64,000 nucleotides of DNA from the human T2T-CHM13v2.0 reference genome, Homo sapiens. Below are positions 44,396-57,941 of the stretch, piece by piece (within the stretch, counting starts at the first letter, position 1; each line of letters starts with the position of its first letter). The translations under genes and the position numbers were made by a program. Under the pieces are notes generated by a model. That model had not been told where the DNA came from. It saw only the letters and a list, made by a program, of their open reading frames with translations, and did no database searches. The stretch lies in NCBI RefSeq assembly GCF_009914755.1, contig NC_060934.1, one strand, 5' to 3'.

Positions 44396-45080
44396 TGTAC
44401 AGCCTCTTGAGATGAACAGACAGAGCCCTGTCTAGTTGAAGCTTTCAATCTAGAGAGAAGACATATATACAATAAATTATTTTAATTCAAGGTCATAAAT
44501 ATTAGAGTCACAGTGAATATGAGAGTTCAGCCAGGAGCAACCAGGCCCCTTCAGGGATGTCAAGGAGATTTTTACTAGGAGGACAAGTAACACTACAAGG
44601 GGCTTGCACAAAAGCCCGAAGTATGAATGAGGCTGAGGTGTTCAAAGAATGGCCAGTAGCATTGTCCTGAATGGCTCAACGTAAGATGCACGGGGAGGAT
44701 CAGTATGATTTCACAGCAAAGGTACAGAGGGACCGGATCACAGATTATGTAGCATGGCAAACGTTAAAATGTGTTAGGGGGTTTTGTTTGATTTTGTTGT
44801 TGTTGTTGATTATGTTTTTGTTTTATTTGCTTGTTGGTAATGAGTTTGGGAGTAGCATGCTCAGATTTGCTTATTAGAAAGATAGTTCATGCTGCAATGT
44901 GTAAGATGGATTGAAGAAGGGAAAAACTGAAGGACAGGAGACCAATTTGGAAGCTGTTTCAAAAGACTCTGCAAGGACCGATCAGGACCTGTACAGGGGT
45001 GCAGCAGATGAGATAGAAAAGAGTACTCAAAATATGTATTTTTTAAAAACTGTACAAACCAATAAGAAAGATATAAACAA

Positions 45081-45370
45081 GGCCAGGCATGGTGGCTCAC
45101 GCCTGTAATCCTAGCACTTTGGGAGGCCGAGGCGGGACGTTCACGAGGTCAGGAGATCAAGACCATCCTGGCTAACACGGTGAAACCCCGTCTCTACTAA
45201 AAATACAAAAAAATTAGCTGGGTGTGGTGGCACGCACCTGTAGTCCCAGCTACTCAGGAGGCCGAGGCAAGAGAATCATTTGAACCCAGGAGGCGAAGGT
45301 TGCAGTGAGCCAAAATCGTGCCACTGCACTCCAGCCTGGGCGACGGAGCAAGACTCTGTCTCAAAAAAAA
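45081..45370 (+). mobile_element. Alu
   Basis: Full-length sense Alu. Confidence 0.93.
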
Positions 45371-45900
45371 GAAAAATATAAGCAATATAGTAGAAAATGA
45401 GTGAAATTTACAAATAGGCAATTAACAAAAGAAGAATCTAAATGGGCTCCCCAAAGATGTCGAAAGAGATATTCAAGCTAATAATTAAGGGAATGCAAAA
45501 TAAAACAATGAGAAACCACTTTCACCCTTCAGGTTAGCAAAAACAAAAAAGGATGATGATTTCAAATATTGGAGCGAACATAAGGAAAACAGTGCTCTCA
45601 TACATTGCTAGTGGGATTGTACATTAATTCAGCCATTTATGGAAAGCAATTGTGCAGTATACAATAAACTTGATAATACAAATACCCTATGACCCAGTAA
45701 TTTCCCTTCTGATTATATAACCCATAGAAATTCTTGCACATGGACACAAAGAAACATGTACAGAGATGTCCATGACAGCATTGTTTGTAACAGACAAATA
45801 AAATGTGACATATTAACTGGCATACATAAATAAAATGTACATGTATGCATATTTTTTAAACATATACAAAATAATCCTATATATTCTGTATGATTAAATA
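45370..45900 (+). mobile_element. Old L1M fragment
   Basis: aatgcaaaataaaacaatgaga...ctctcatacattgctagtggga...ccctatgacccagtaatttccc motifs. Confidence 0.7.
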
Positions 45901-46781
45901 TATATGTATATTAAAATGTTTAGTGGACTTTAAAATCACAATAGTGGTGGAGAGGAGAATTAACCTGGGGGTGATAGTGGAAAAAGGACCTGTAATGTTT
46001 TACTATAAAAACAAAAAGACCAGCAAAGAAGAAACTGGATAAAATGTTAACAGTTGTGAGTCCAGAGTGGTGCATATGGGTTTGTAATACTATTATTGGT
46101 GTTTGTCTATACCTTTTACATTTCTAAAAAGAATCATATAGGAGTGTGTGTGTGTAGGAGAGAAGAAAGGAAACAAGTGCTATTTAGTGTGAAAATCAAT
46201 GAGACTTGGTGATGATAACAGGTAGGGTCTGAAGCTGACAGAGGGAGGAATTAGTAGGACTCCCACATTTCTGGCTTGGGTGACAGGTCAGGGGAGAGGA
46301 TAAAATCATTCACTGAGATGAGAATAATGGAGGGGACAGCATCAAATTCGGGGTTTGGGGAGGGAAGATAGAGTTATGTTTCAAACACATTGAGTTTGAG
46401 AACCCAGCAACAGATGTTTCTGCTACCAAATCCCCTATCAGGCTGGCTCCCACACTGCCCACAAGGAGAAAGTAAGAGTGGGGATTTCTCAGTGGTGAGG
46501 TCCTGAGAAAGGGAGACAGAGACGTGAGCAGAGGCTAGCAGAGATACCAGAGGCCATCTGGCAAGGCCTTCTCTGAAAGCATTTAACATAGCACTTTGCA
46601 TAACTTTTCATCTAAAACCACTGGTCCTTTTTTTTTTTTAAAATGAGATACATAGACATTAAAAAGCATGGATATATATTCACATATTTCCTTGGAAAAA
46701 TTATATATGCAGTTGATAAAATGTAAATTTTACAAATAAGGGAAAACCTCTCTCTCTAGAGGCAACCACTGTCATGAGCTT

Positions 46782-47040
46782 CTTTACCTATGAGCAAGCT
46801 GGACATTTAAAAGAGCCAATGGTCTATATCTATCAAAAATATAAAATGCACATGTCCTTTGACCTGACAATTTCCCTTTTAATGTATCTTAGATACATAC
46901 TTCCATGTTCACAAAGATGGATGTATAAAGGTATTCACTGCAGCATTATCAGTAACAAAAGACTGAAAGGGAACTAGTCCAGCAATCAGGAACTAGTTAA
47001 ATAAATGCTCATTCACAGTAGAATACTAGGCTGCAGTTAG
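46782..47040 (+). repeat. L1M-derived segment, left arm of inverted duplication (partner 48854-49122)
   Basis: About 87% ungapped identity over a 170-bp core to the reverse complement of 48854-49122. Confidence 0.85.
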
Positions 47041-47053
47041 AAAATCACTTAAG

Positions 47054-47659
<606 letters not shown>

Positions 47660-47789
47660 TCACTTAGGAAGCACAGCATCCTTCCAGAGATAGTCTTGGC
47701 ACATACATGCAAATAACTGCTTTTATTTATATGAAAAATAACTTATGTATAATAGTAACATACACTGTTCTGCAACTTAATTTTTTTGT

Positions 47790-48093
<304 letters not shown>

Positions 48094-48226
48094 TGCAACT
48101 TAATTTTTTCACTTAATATATCTTAGAGATTATTCCACACCAGCTTATATTACAAGTAACAATTGCTTAACCTTATATTTATTACATGCTAGGCACTGTT
48201 CTACTTGTATACTAACTCATTTTTTA

Positions 48227-48544
<318 letters not shown>

Positions 48545-48546
48545 TT

Positions 48547-48621
48547 AAGGTTACTCAAGTGAAGTAGTGGGAGTGGAGAAGGAACAAAGAAATCTGTAAC
48601 TGGTTGTGATCAATTAGCTGT
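48547..48621 (-). pseudogene. Y3 RNA (RNY3) retropseudogene, 5'-truncated
   Basis: Reverse complement reads acagctaattgatcacaaccagttacagatttctttgttccttctccactcccactacttcacttgagtaacctt, matching the 3' three quarters of hY3 with about 4 substitutions. Confidence 0.92.
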
Positions 48622-48853
48622 GTATTAGCTCACTTAAAATTCACAAAAACTTATGAGGCAGATACTACCTGTAGCATCATTCTCCATTACATATGAGCAC
48701 AGTAGCACAGAGAGGTTGGGTAACTTGCTCAAGGTCATAGATCTACTGAGTGGCAGGGCTGGAATTTGAACCCAGGAAGTAAAGCCCCAGGCCTTGCACA
48801 TTTAACCACAAAACGTCCTGTGTATCTAACTTAGACTTTCTAACTCAGACTTC

Positions 48854-49122
48854 CTAACTGCAGCCTAATATTCTACTGTGTGCATGAGCATATATTCAAC
48901 CAGTCCCCTGTTGCTGGACTATTTAGTTCCCTTTCAGTCTTTTGCTACTGATAATGCTGCAATCAGTACTTTTACACATCCATCTTTGTGAACATAGAAG
49001 TACATATCTAAAATATATTAGAAGGGGAATTGCTGGGTCAAAGGACATGTTCATTTGATATTTTTGATAGATATCGGCCATTGGTCCTTTTAAATTCCCA
49101 TAGGTATTATTCATAGGTAAAG
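48854..49122 (-). repeat. L1M-derived segment, right arm of inverted duplication
   Basis: Shares the exact outer 12-mer ctttacctatga with the left arm; the ORF track shows matching peptides on opposite strands (...SIISxKRLKGN). Confidence 0.85.
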
Positions 49123-49868
49123 TACAGCAATTTCTTTAAGTATGAAGCCCTGAGTGACATTCTTACCTGCTCTCTGTAATACTGCACTGGGAACCAAAAG
49201 CATTCACTATTTTCTCCTCTTTGGCCCCAAGAGACATTTGCTTTAAGAGAACATGATCTCATAGTGCTATAGAAATAAACAAATGTTAGGGTATATGTCA
49301 AGACACTAGAGGCTGCATGCTTTGACTGCAGGTCTGTCATGTCTCACCCACTACTCCCCAGGGGCTGACACTGAGAGGAGAGGAGGCAACCCGGGGCTTG
49401 CATTCCCATATGGAAGCTATAGCCTGGAGAGGCTGCCCCCATTTAGTGGGGAATGTGTTCTCTAGTTCTACAGTACCGCCCCTCTCCTCACTGAGGCTCA
49501 GTAGTAGGTGCCTCTTATTATCATGCCCATGCAGACACTAGACAATGATCATCATTTTCTAATTTGTAGGAATGTGGTGAAGATTAAATGAGTCAGTACT
49601 CATGAAGTGCTTAGAACAGTCTCTGGCCCATAATAAGGTTCAGTAAGCGTTGGCCATTGTCATTGCTGTTGTTAAGAAATATTTCTTTAATCCCAAGGCT
49701 TTATAAAAGTTAGGAAAATCGACCTGATTCACTCACTTCAGTTACCTACCTAGCCCCTGTAAGCATAAGTGCGAGACCACTCTTTGTACCACTTGAAGCC
49801 AGAAATCTAGAATTTTGTGTGAAATCTTTTGGTTTTTAAATGTTGCTCCGTGTCTTTAAACAACTCTT

Positions 49869-50235
<367 letters not shown>

Positions 50236-52984
50236 TTACATCACTACCATATAAAATATATATACAATTGAAGAAGTAAAAAGTTGCAAAACAACACATG
50301 CCCATATGTTGTGTGCAGTGAACAGACATTCTCTATTCCATTGTCTTTTTCTTTTTTAAAAACATGGTCTGTAACCCATTACATCAATTTCAAAATCCTC
50401 TAAGGAGCTGCTAACCGGGTGTGAAAAACACCTAAATATGGGATAGAATCCCTAAAATCAATATTTCCCCAAGAGTTTCTTATATTTCAGATGTACGAGT
50501 AATATCTACGCCTATCAATGCCTACCACCACCACTGGTAAACAAGATAACTCTAGAAGAAACTTGGATATATTTATATTTTTAAACTAGTTATATATTTT
50601 TACTAGTATTAGTTTTTAGTTATCTTCCATTTTAGGAAATTGATACTGATTTTCCACTTACGGGAATGATTTAAAGTTTTCTCCTAAAATAAATGTACTT
50701 AAATTTAAAAAGCAATTTAAGGAAAAACATTAATAAACAGCATAGGAAATATTCAGACATGTTGAAAATCACAAATACGTGTCTCATGTATCTGAAGTGT
50801 GGGAAACTATCTGGCACCATTCTATCATGATAGAACAAGAAATGGACGTTCCTTCACATTAGATCTGCTTTTGCGCAGCTCTACTAATTACTCCCAGAAC
50901 GTTAGGTTACATGACATGATATTAGTTTACATTTGGCTTTTCCCCAGCAGCCGCTTAAACCTGGGAGGTCCTTTTTCCAAGCACTTGGGCAGTTTCGAGT
51001 TTGGCATCCTTTTGCACAGTGATTTGTGTGGATCTTGAGATGCTGTGAGCTTGCCATCCCTTCTTGAGATCATCACGTGGTCTGTCTTTCTCTGTCAGGC
51101 TTTCAAGTTAATTATTTCCTGTTTTTCTGAGTCTGTTCCTTATCCCCCTTCCCAGGCCACCCTCTACCCTCACCTTCACCTCCCCCCAGCAGTTCTACAG
51201 AAAATCAGTCTTTGTCTCTTGGCCTGCCCTAGAACACCTTCCAACAAGAGCCTTGGAGTTAATTAAATGTGTGGCAATTTCAGAGCAAAAATTTATTACT
51301 GGGTACAATCAGAAATTACTTTTAGAGTTCTTTGCTTTTTGGTAACATTCTCTGTCACTTACTGACCTTTTGTTCTCAGTCCCTGCCTGCTTAAGGTACT
51401 GTGTGAACCAATCTGCCCAAGCTGTTTTCTCTCTGTGTGACTGCTTAAGATCTCTGGCATGAGTTATACTGTCACTCCTCTCAGGAACTCCCACGTTGGG
51501 CTTGATTTTCCCAGCAAACTTGATCTGTTGTTCATGTAACATTGTTTCTGCTGCTGTCCCATTCCTTCTCATCAAGGCCAGAGCCCCCTCCTCCTGTTGT
51601 CTTTAACAAGGCAGGGTGCTAAACTGAGCTGAGCTGCACCCCCACAGAAGCTTTGTGCAAAGAAGCCACTCCATTTCTTCAATCTTTGCATCCTCATCCC
51701 ATCCCCATGCCCAGAAATCTTCCCAAACTAGCCTTTTATGGTCATCCAGCCTTAATTTCTCTTTTCTTCCAAATCCCAGCTAAGTTTTGTCTTAAGTCTC
51801 TAACTGGGTTTGGTTACATTGTTCAATGTCCTTTCCCCCCAGTAACCCCCCTGCCATCCTAGTTTTCTCTCCCCTATTAGCTCCTCCTAAGCACGCATCT
51901 GAACTCCTTAAATCTTTTACCTAGTGTAGTTTCCTGGTCATCTCCTTTTAGCCCACTACAAATTGAAGTGTAAAAAACCCTTACAATAAACATGTGTGCG
52001 TGCACACGCATGCATGGTATATACGTACACATTTAAACTAGGAGAAAGGATATAAACACAAAATAGACTGTCCAGTACTATTTGGGGGTGGGAGGTGGAG
52101 AAGAGCCCTAGGCCCTAGAAGTTCCCCTGGGGTTCTTATTAATATGTTGAACATATTTCACCCTGCAACCCAAATCTGTACCACTTTCGTACACAGCTTA
52201 AACAAAGAAGAGTCTTGATGCTTATTGAGGATTTAGATAACTACTTCCCGTTAAGAAGATATTTTTAAAATTGTGTTTTCATTATGACTCCATCTCCATT
52301 TATTGATCGAGGGATTTCTTGCCTCACTTAACTCCATAATCTGTTACTCAGATTAAGAAAATGAGAAAACTATTGTTTGGTAGTTTGAGTACAGGCTTTA
52401 AAGTGATACTTTGGAGGCTGGATGATTCAAGTACTATAATCCAAGAAAAGCAACTAAATGATCATGCAGAACGTGTTTTTATGCATTACTCTTTATCGAT
52501 TAGGCATGCAAGGAAATGAATCGGATTAAATGTTTCGTAGATGTGCTCTGTTATAGTACAGAAACTTCCTAGTGTAAAAACATCCAACAGAAAGCACTAA
52601 GAGATAGGAAATAATACATGTAAAATGCAAATGTGTAAGTCATTCAACACATTTTGAGTATCATGTTTTTTTATGTAAAAAACAATGTTACGTATAGTAA
52701 ATTCTCCGCTATTAGGAGCAGAAAAGTACCCTCTATTTTGGCACTTCCCTTCTTCCGCCACCATTAGCTAGTATACAGCTGTACATATGTGCTTTTGGGG
52801 TGAATGTGAAACCTGTATATTCACTGTTTACCTTCGACCCTCTACTTTGCCAGCTTTTTGTCCACTTTATTCCTTATTAATTCTTCCTCCCGGGGACTAA
52901 AGGGGAAGGGAAAAGGAGGTGAACTTGGAGTCAGTCAGGCATGCTTAGTGACCAGAACAGTTCAATTTCGTTTTTTCTAAATTT

Positions 52985-53120
52985 TAATTAATTAATTTAT
53001 TTTTGAGACAGGGTCTTGCTATGTTGCCCAGGCTAGTCTCCAACTCCCGGGCTCAAGCTATCCACCTGCCTTGGCCTCCCAAACTGCTGGGATTATAGAT
53101 GTGAGCAACTGTATCAGGCC
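52985..53120 (-). mobile_element. Alu monomer (FLAM-like)
   Basis: Single antisense arm; TSD-like agttcaatttc on both sides. Confidence 0.82.
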
Positions 53121-54354
53121 AATAGTTCAATTTCTATACAATAAACTTGAAAGACCCGTCCAAATTATTTTATATCATTTAAGATTTTTTTCCATCCAAC
53201 TGATTAAATAACTCTGTCAATTAAAGCTTGGACATCTTGAAATTGATATTTTGGTTGTTAACAGTTATTGCAACAGTATTTGACCTGTCTCTGGAAGATT
53301 TTGTAAAGAAGTAAAATTCGCTGTAGGAATCTATCTGGGGAAGAAAGGGAACTATAATTTGCTCTGTACCTGTTACATGAGAGAATCTGAACTGTGCAGT
53401 GTACACTGTTTTATCCTTTTATGGTTTACAATTACCCAGAAAAGTGAGTAAAATGCCCGTTTTACAGATGTGGAGGCTGAGGTTCAGAGATACTGACCAG
53501 TCTCTCGGTTTATAAGGAAAACCATGGCTAACAGCCTCCAGAGCACAAGCCCTTTACAAAGGAGGGTTGGAGATTGCAGGCAGCTTTTACTTATCTATGC
53601 TGCCCACGCTTAACATGGAAAACTGAAAGCTGACCTTGTGTTCCTTTAAAAAATCTCCAAGGAAGTCGGCTGCAGAGACTTCATGGTAACTCATGAGAAA
53701 CAAAATGCTTTTGTGGATTAACAACTGTCTTTATTCCAATGGAGTTTTTTGGGGGTTTTTTCTTCTTCTTAAAGACAAAAAAATAATCTACCGCTGACAC
53801 TCAACAAGAACCGTCGTAGAATGGACAAGTCTTCGGATCGCGCTGTGCAGATCCCTCAGCAAATTGTGACAGTATTATGGCACTTTGGCCTAAGCTGTTA
53901 AAGAGACGATGTAATGAACAGCTGCGGATTTCTGAGGCACAATTGTGTGACACAGGAAGCCCAAGTGTTGGCCATCCTCAACGAAGGCAGCTGCCGGGCT
54001 CCGGTTTGCTTCAGCAAACCCTCACCCCTCGCCTTCAACCAGGCGGGTGTCGTCAGCTGTCCGCCAGCTGCTGCCCGCGCCTTTCCGCCCCCGCGCGCCG
54101 GCCAAGGCCGAGGCGGCCGGGACCAGAGGCGCGCGCCCTCAGTGCATGTGACGGGGTGGGAGGGGGAGGTTTCTTCCTCCCCCGTCCCCAAGCCCCGCCT
54201 TCTCCAGAGAGGCTGCGGCTTCCTATTGCGCCACCACCGAAATGACCACCGTGCCAGCCAATCAAGACGTGATTCATGAAGTAAGACCCGCCCCTTACTG
54301 GTCCCCAGGTTCCTTCCCGCTCACGCCGGAGTCACTTCCGAAGAGAGAACCGCC

Positions 54355-54507
54355 ATGAAGAGAGAAGGGGGTGCCGCCCACCTCTGCTCCGACAGCCTCC
54401 CGGAGTCCCAGCAGCAAGACGGCAACCACGCACCCAACTTCTCCAGCCACGGCTCATGCCGCCGTCGCCAGCGGCGCCGACATGACAAGGCGCTGCATGC
54501 CCGCTAG
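54355..54507 (+). other. Out-of-frame upstream ORF (50 aa) overlapping the SLF2 start
   Basis: accgccATGa context; [50 protein letters not shown]; TAG at 54505-54507. Only relevant if the TSS lies upstream of 54355. Confidence 0.55.
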
Positions 54508-54621
54508 GCCAGGTTTCCCCTCATCCCCAGCCCCGGGGTCGTCGCCCCCGCGCTGCCATCTGAGACCCGGTAGTACCGCCCATGCTGCAGCGGGAAAGAG
54601 AACAGAGAGTCCTGGGGACAG
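54482..54621 (+). CDS. SLF2: SLF2 coding exon 1 ([19 protein letters not shown]...ESPGD-R)
   Basis: ATG at 54482 (gccgacATGa) inside a CpG island; donor CAG|GTACCG at 54621/54622; 140 nt (phase 2) splices in frame to exon 2; peptide recognised as the FAM178A/SLF2 N-terminus. Confidence 0.93.
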
Positions 54622-55334
54622 GTACCGTGCAGAGGGCTTGAGAAGGGGCCGGGTCGCGGGGGCAAGGGTATGAGGGGAGGGCTGCAGACCGCCGCTCTTC
54701 CAGTTCCCGCCATCCTCCGCGAGCTCAGGCGTTGGCATTTCGGGGCCTGGCAAATCCCCGCCCCGCCTCCGCGCAGGGGCTACTGGGAGTTGGAGTTTGC
54801 TTCTCTGTAGTTGGGCAGCTGCTCTTGGTCTAGTGACCACCAGCCTGGACAGCTACGGAGAACCCGCCTTAGGTAGAAAGAAAGTGATTTTTTTCCTTTG
54901 CAAGAGTTTGACCCGGGACCCTAACTGCTTAATGCATATTTAGATCGTTTTCTGTACGTTGTCAGTTCTACTGATCCTAGTGGTTTAGTAATATAAACCT
55001 TTTCTATGTTGTGGGTGAAATTATGTAACCTGTGATGAGGGAATCCCTTCCACGAATTACTTTGTAGTCCAGCGTGCACGCTAGTTCATACTTAAAAGAA
55101 CTTGCAGATTTGGAATGTGACGTGTTTTCTCTTTCAGTAACTTCACGCCTCTCCAAGAGGCTAATTTTTTTGTAAAGATTTTGTGGGAGCTATGTAATGA
55201 GATGGGGAGTTTCATCTAATGACATCCTCTGACAATAAAACATGTTTAAATTCCCTACGAACTTGGTACTGTCTTTTATTTTAAGTTAAATTGTATTAAG
55301 TTTTAACAATATTCATGTTACTAATACTGTGGTA

Positions 55335-55660
55335 CAGGCCCACAATCCCTTATCTTAACTCTGAAAGCCAGAAAGCTATGAAAACCAAAACGTTTTCAGT
55401 AAGTTTGGCACCACATCTTACTGGGCAGCCAGATCTGACTAAAACTAATGTAAGGCTGTTTGTGGTCTTTATCCCATTAAGTGTGAATATTCATGTTTTG
55501 CTGGAGAAATGTCAGTGGATTTGATTACAGGTTGCAGCACCAGACCCCACTGGGGACTTTCCATAATACATCCAAGTTATCCCCTTCCTAAAATCTGATA
55601 AATTCAGAATTCTAAAACACATTTGGCCCCAGAAGGTTCAGATAAGGGTTTGTGAAACTG
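55335..55660. mobile_element. TcMar/Tigger-like non-autonomous DNA transposon in SLF2 intron 1
   Basis: Terminal inverted repeats caggcccacaatcccttatc / gataagggtttgtgaaactg; TA at the left end. Confidence 0.72.
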
Positions 55661-57370
55661 TTATAATTGTGTGTGTGTGTGTGTGTTTTTTTTAAGCCAG
55701 TTGTTAAATAAGCAGTGGACATTTTGTGTGCATATGAACTTAGAGAACCTACCTCTTGAAAGTTACATTCATGGTTATTTTACAGGTTTCTTGTATGTTT
55801 TACCCAAAATCATTTTTTCTCTTTCTGGTGTATTAATCAAAAAGGAGTCTGAGGTCCAATATTTTAGGGAAGAGATACAGTGTTACATTTAGTAAAATGC
55901 ATTTAGAATTATCTTGTGTGCAACAAATGAGCTGCTTCTGGGTCCCTTCCCATCTCTCCTCAATCAATAACAAGATCAATAACAAGGTATCATCCTTCTT
56001 CCCTTTGCAGAACCTCCAACATTTACTCTGGTGGAGTTAATTTGCCTAGTATAATTTATGTAAACAAATGCATATATTCTTCCATAGCCCGTCACTCATA
56101 TTCATCTCATAAGCACTTAGCTTTTATACCAGCATCTCAAACAAGCGTGATGGACTTGGTAAACCAGTAAAGATGTGCATTGCTCTTCTAATGTGACCAG
56201 TAAAGTGTACAAGAAGCTTAACCTTCAAGAAACTTGGATTGTTGGAATTTTCACTGAGCATTCCAACCTCATAGTGGATGAATGTTTAGGGAAATCAATA
56301 GTCTATAGCTTATTCTCTTTCAGTAAAATGATACATTTTAGCAAAATTTACCAGAAAGTTAATTTTTTGTTCAGCATATCATAACATCCCCTTTTTTGCA
56401 GCTGACAACTCTACAGTGAACAAATCAGAATACGAATTCTGGTAATGGATTCCTATTTCACTTTAGCATTATTGCCAATGTCAGAACTTGATTAGTTAAG
56501 CCAGATAATGAAATCCAGTCTTTACGGTACAGAAATTCTTAAAAATTAATTTGGTTTTTGTTATTCTTGTTAACTTTCTTCCTTTTCTCCTTGTGTTTTT
56601 CCCAAGCAATGTGTTATTTTTGTAACTATCTTAAGGATTCTTTGATAAAAAATTAAGAATTTGAAACTAGTTGTGACAACTCATTCTAATTTCTGCTGTT
56701 ACTTAGATTAACATCTTAATGTATAAAGAGGGTAGCATAAGTTTGGTATTTTTCTTTTCTGCCTTTGTCCAGCAAACTCCTCTTCAACTGATTCCCTAGA
56801 TCAGCCAAATCACCTGTATTGCCATTCTACCATCTACTGTTCTACTCTTGTTATGAGAGTCTGTTCAAGTTTTACTCCATTTTTATAATCCCCATTATTC
56901 ATTTGGCATACATCTATTGAGTTTTTTTTTAGCTTGTTATTCTAAATTTTAAAACGCAGCTGTGCTTAGATACCAAGTAATTATTTTGTATCAATGTCTG
57001 CAGAGAACAAGTAGGTTCATATGCTGATACCCAAGATGTTGCATTCTACCATGTAGCCGTGAACATTTCAGTCTTAAGAAGCACTCTGTACTAATTCCTT
57101 GGGTCTACACACCAGTCTGACCTATTTAAGTACTATAAATAATATAAACCTCAGTTGTATTTTTATAAATGAACTCCTATAGGAAGTGATACGTTATATT
57201 TTCTGTTTTTTTAATGAACAGTTTAGCAAAGCATTGTTACCATTGTCAGAACTTTATTAAACCAAATAGTGAAATCCAGCCTTTATTTTATAAATCTTTC
57301 TCCATTTAATCTGAGTTATGAAGGTTTTAATATTTGCTTATATGATGCCATATTATGCTTTTATTTTCAG

Positions 57371-57414
57371 GAAGCAGTCAATTATAGATTTCTTCAAACC
57401 AGCTTCAAAACAAG
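57371..57414 (+). CDS. SLF2: SLF2 coding exon 2 (R-KQSIIDFFKPASKQ-D), 44 nt
   Basis: Acceptor ttattttcag|G and donor AAG|GTATGT; frame continuous with exons 1 and 3. Confidence 0.93.
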
Positions 57415-57941
57415 GTATGTACACTGTTGATGCATTTTTTGTGGGCTATTTTGGGGGTGAGGAGAGAGACAGATTCAACTTTAAAACCTACTCTAAACTG
57501 TTTTAGTAAACGTAGTGTTCAAAATTGAAAATAAAATGAAGATGCAGTATTTTGTTTTACAAGGATAAACTGAAGTTCTAAATATGAAAGTCTTTTTGCT
57601 GTTATGTTTTCTTACATTTAAAATATTATTCTAGTAAAAAATTTAATGTTCATAATACATACTATTTTGATTCTCTAATACAGTAATTTATAGAGCCATA
57701 GGGAGGTTATATGATGTACCAAAAGAGAGCTTTATGAAACTAAGGCTTTTAACAAATAAATCATCTCTTAATTTCTCCTATACCCCCCAATAAAGTGTGT
57801 ATCATTATCCAAGTTGTTGGTTTGAAAATTTTTGTGGTAACATTAGTATAGTTTAATTTATATTTTAAACATTAATAATTTAGATAAATATTAAATATTT
57901 TACTAACATGCAATTTGTATGTGTTTTAATTGGCTATTTAG

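Larger units (their letters stand above)
53990..54790 (+). promoter_or_regulatory. SLF2: SLF2 CpG-island promoter / 5' UTR
   Basis: High GC and CpG density against AT-rich flanks; CCAAT box (agCCAATca, 54258-54262), GACGTG (54266-54271), GC box CCCGCCCC (54287-54294), ETS core ACTTCCG (54334-54340); no TATA box seen. Confidence 0.88.

Noticed and set aside
51309-51575. Protein-like 88-aa minus-strand ORF (…TAWADWFTQYLKQ…)
   Set aside because: No recognised homology, non-ATG first codon and no supporting gene structure.
54371-54481. GTG-initiated N-terminal extension of SLF2
   Set aside because: The frame is open but nothing supports a non-AUG start; the recognised protein begins MTRRCMP at 54482.
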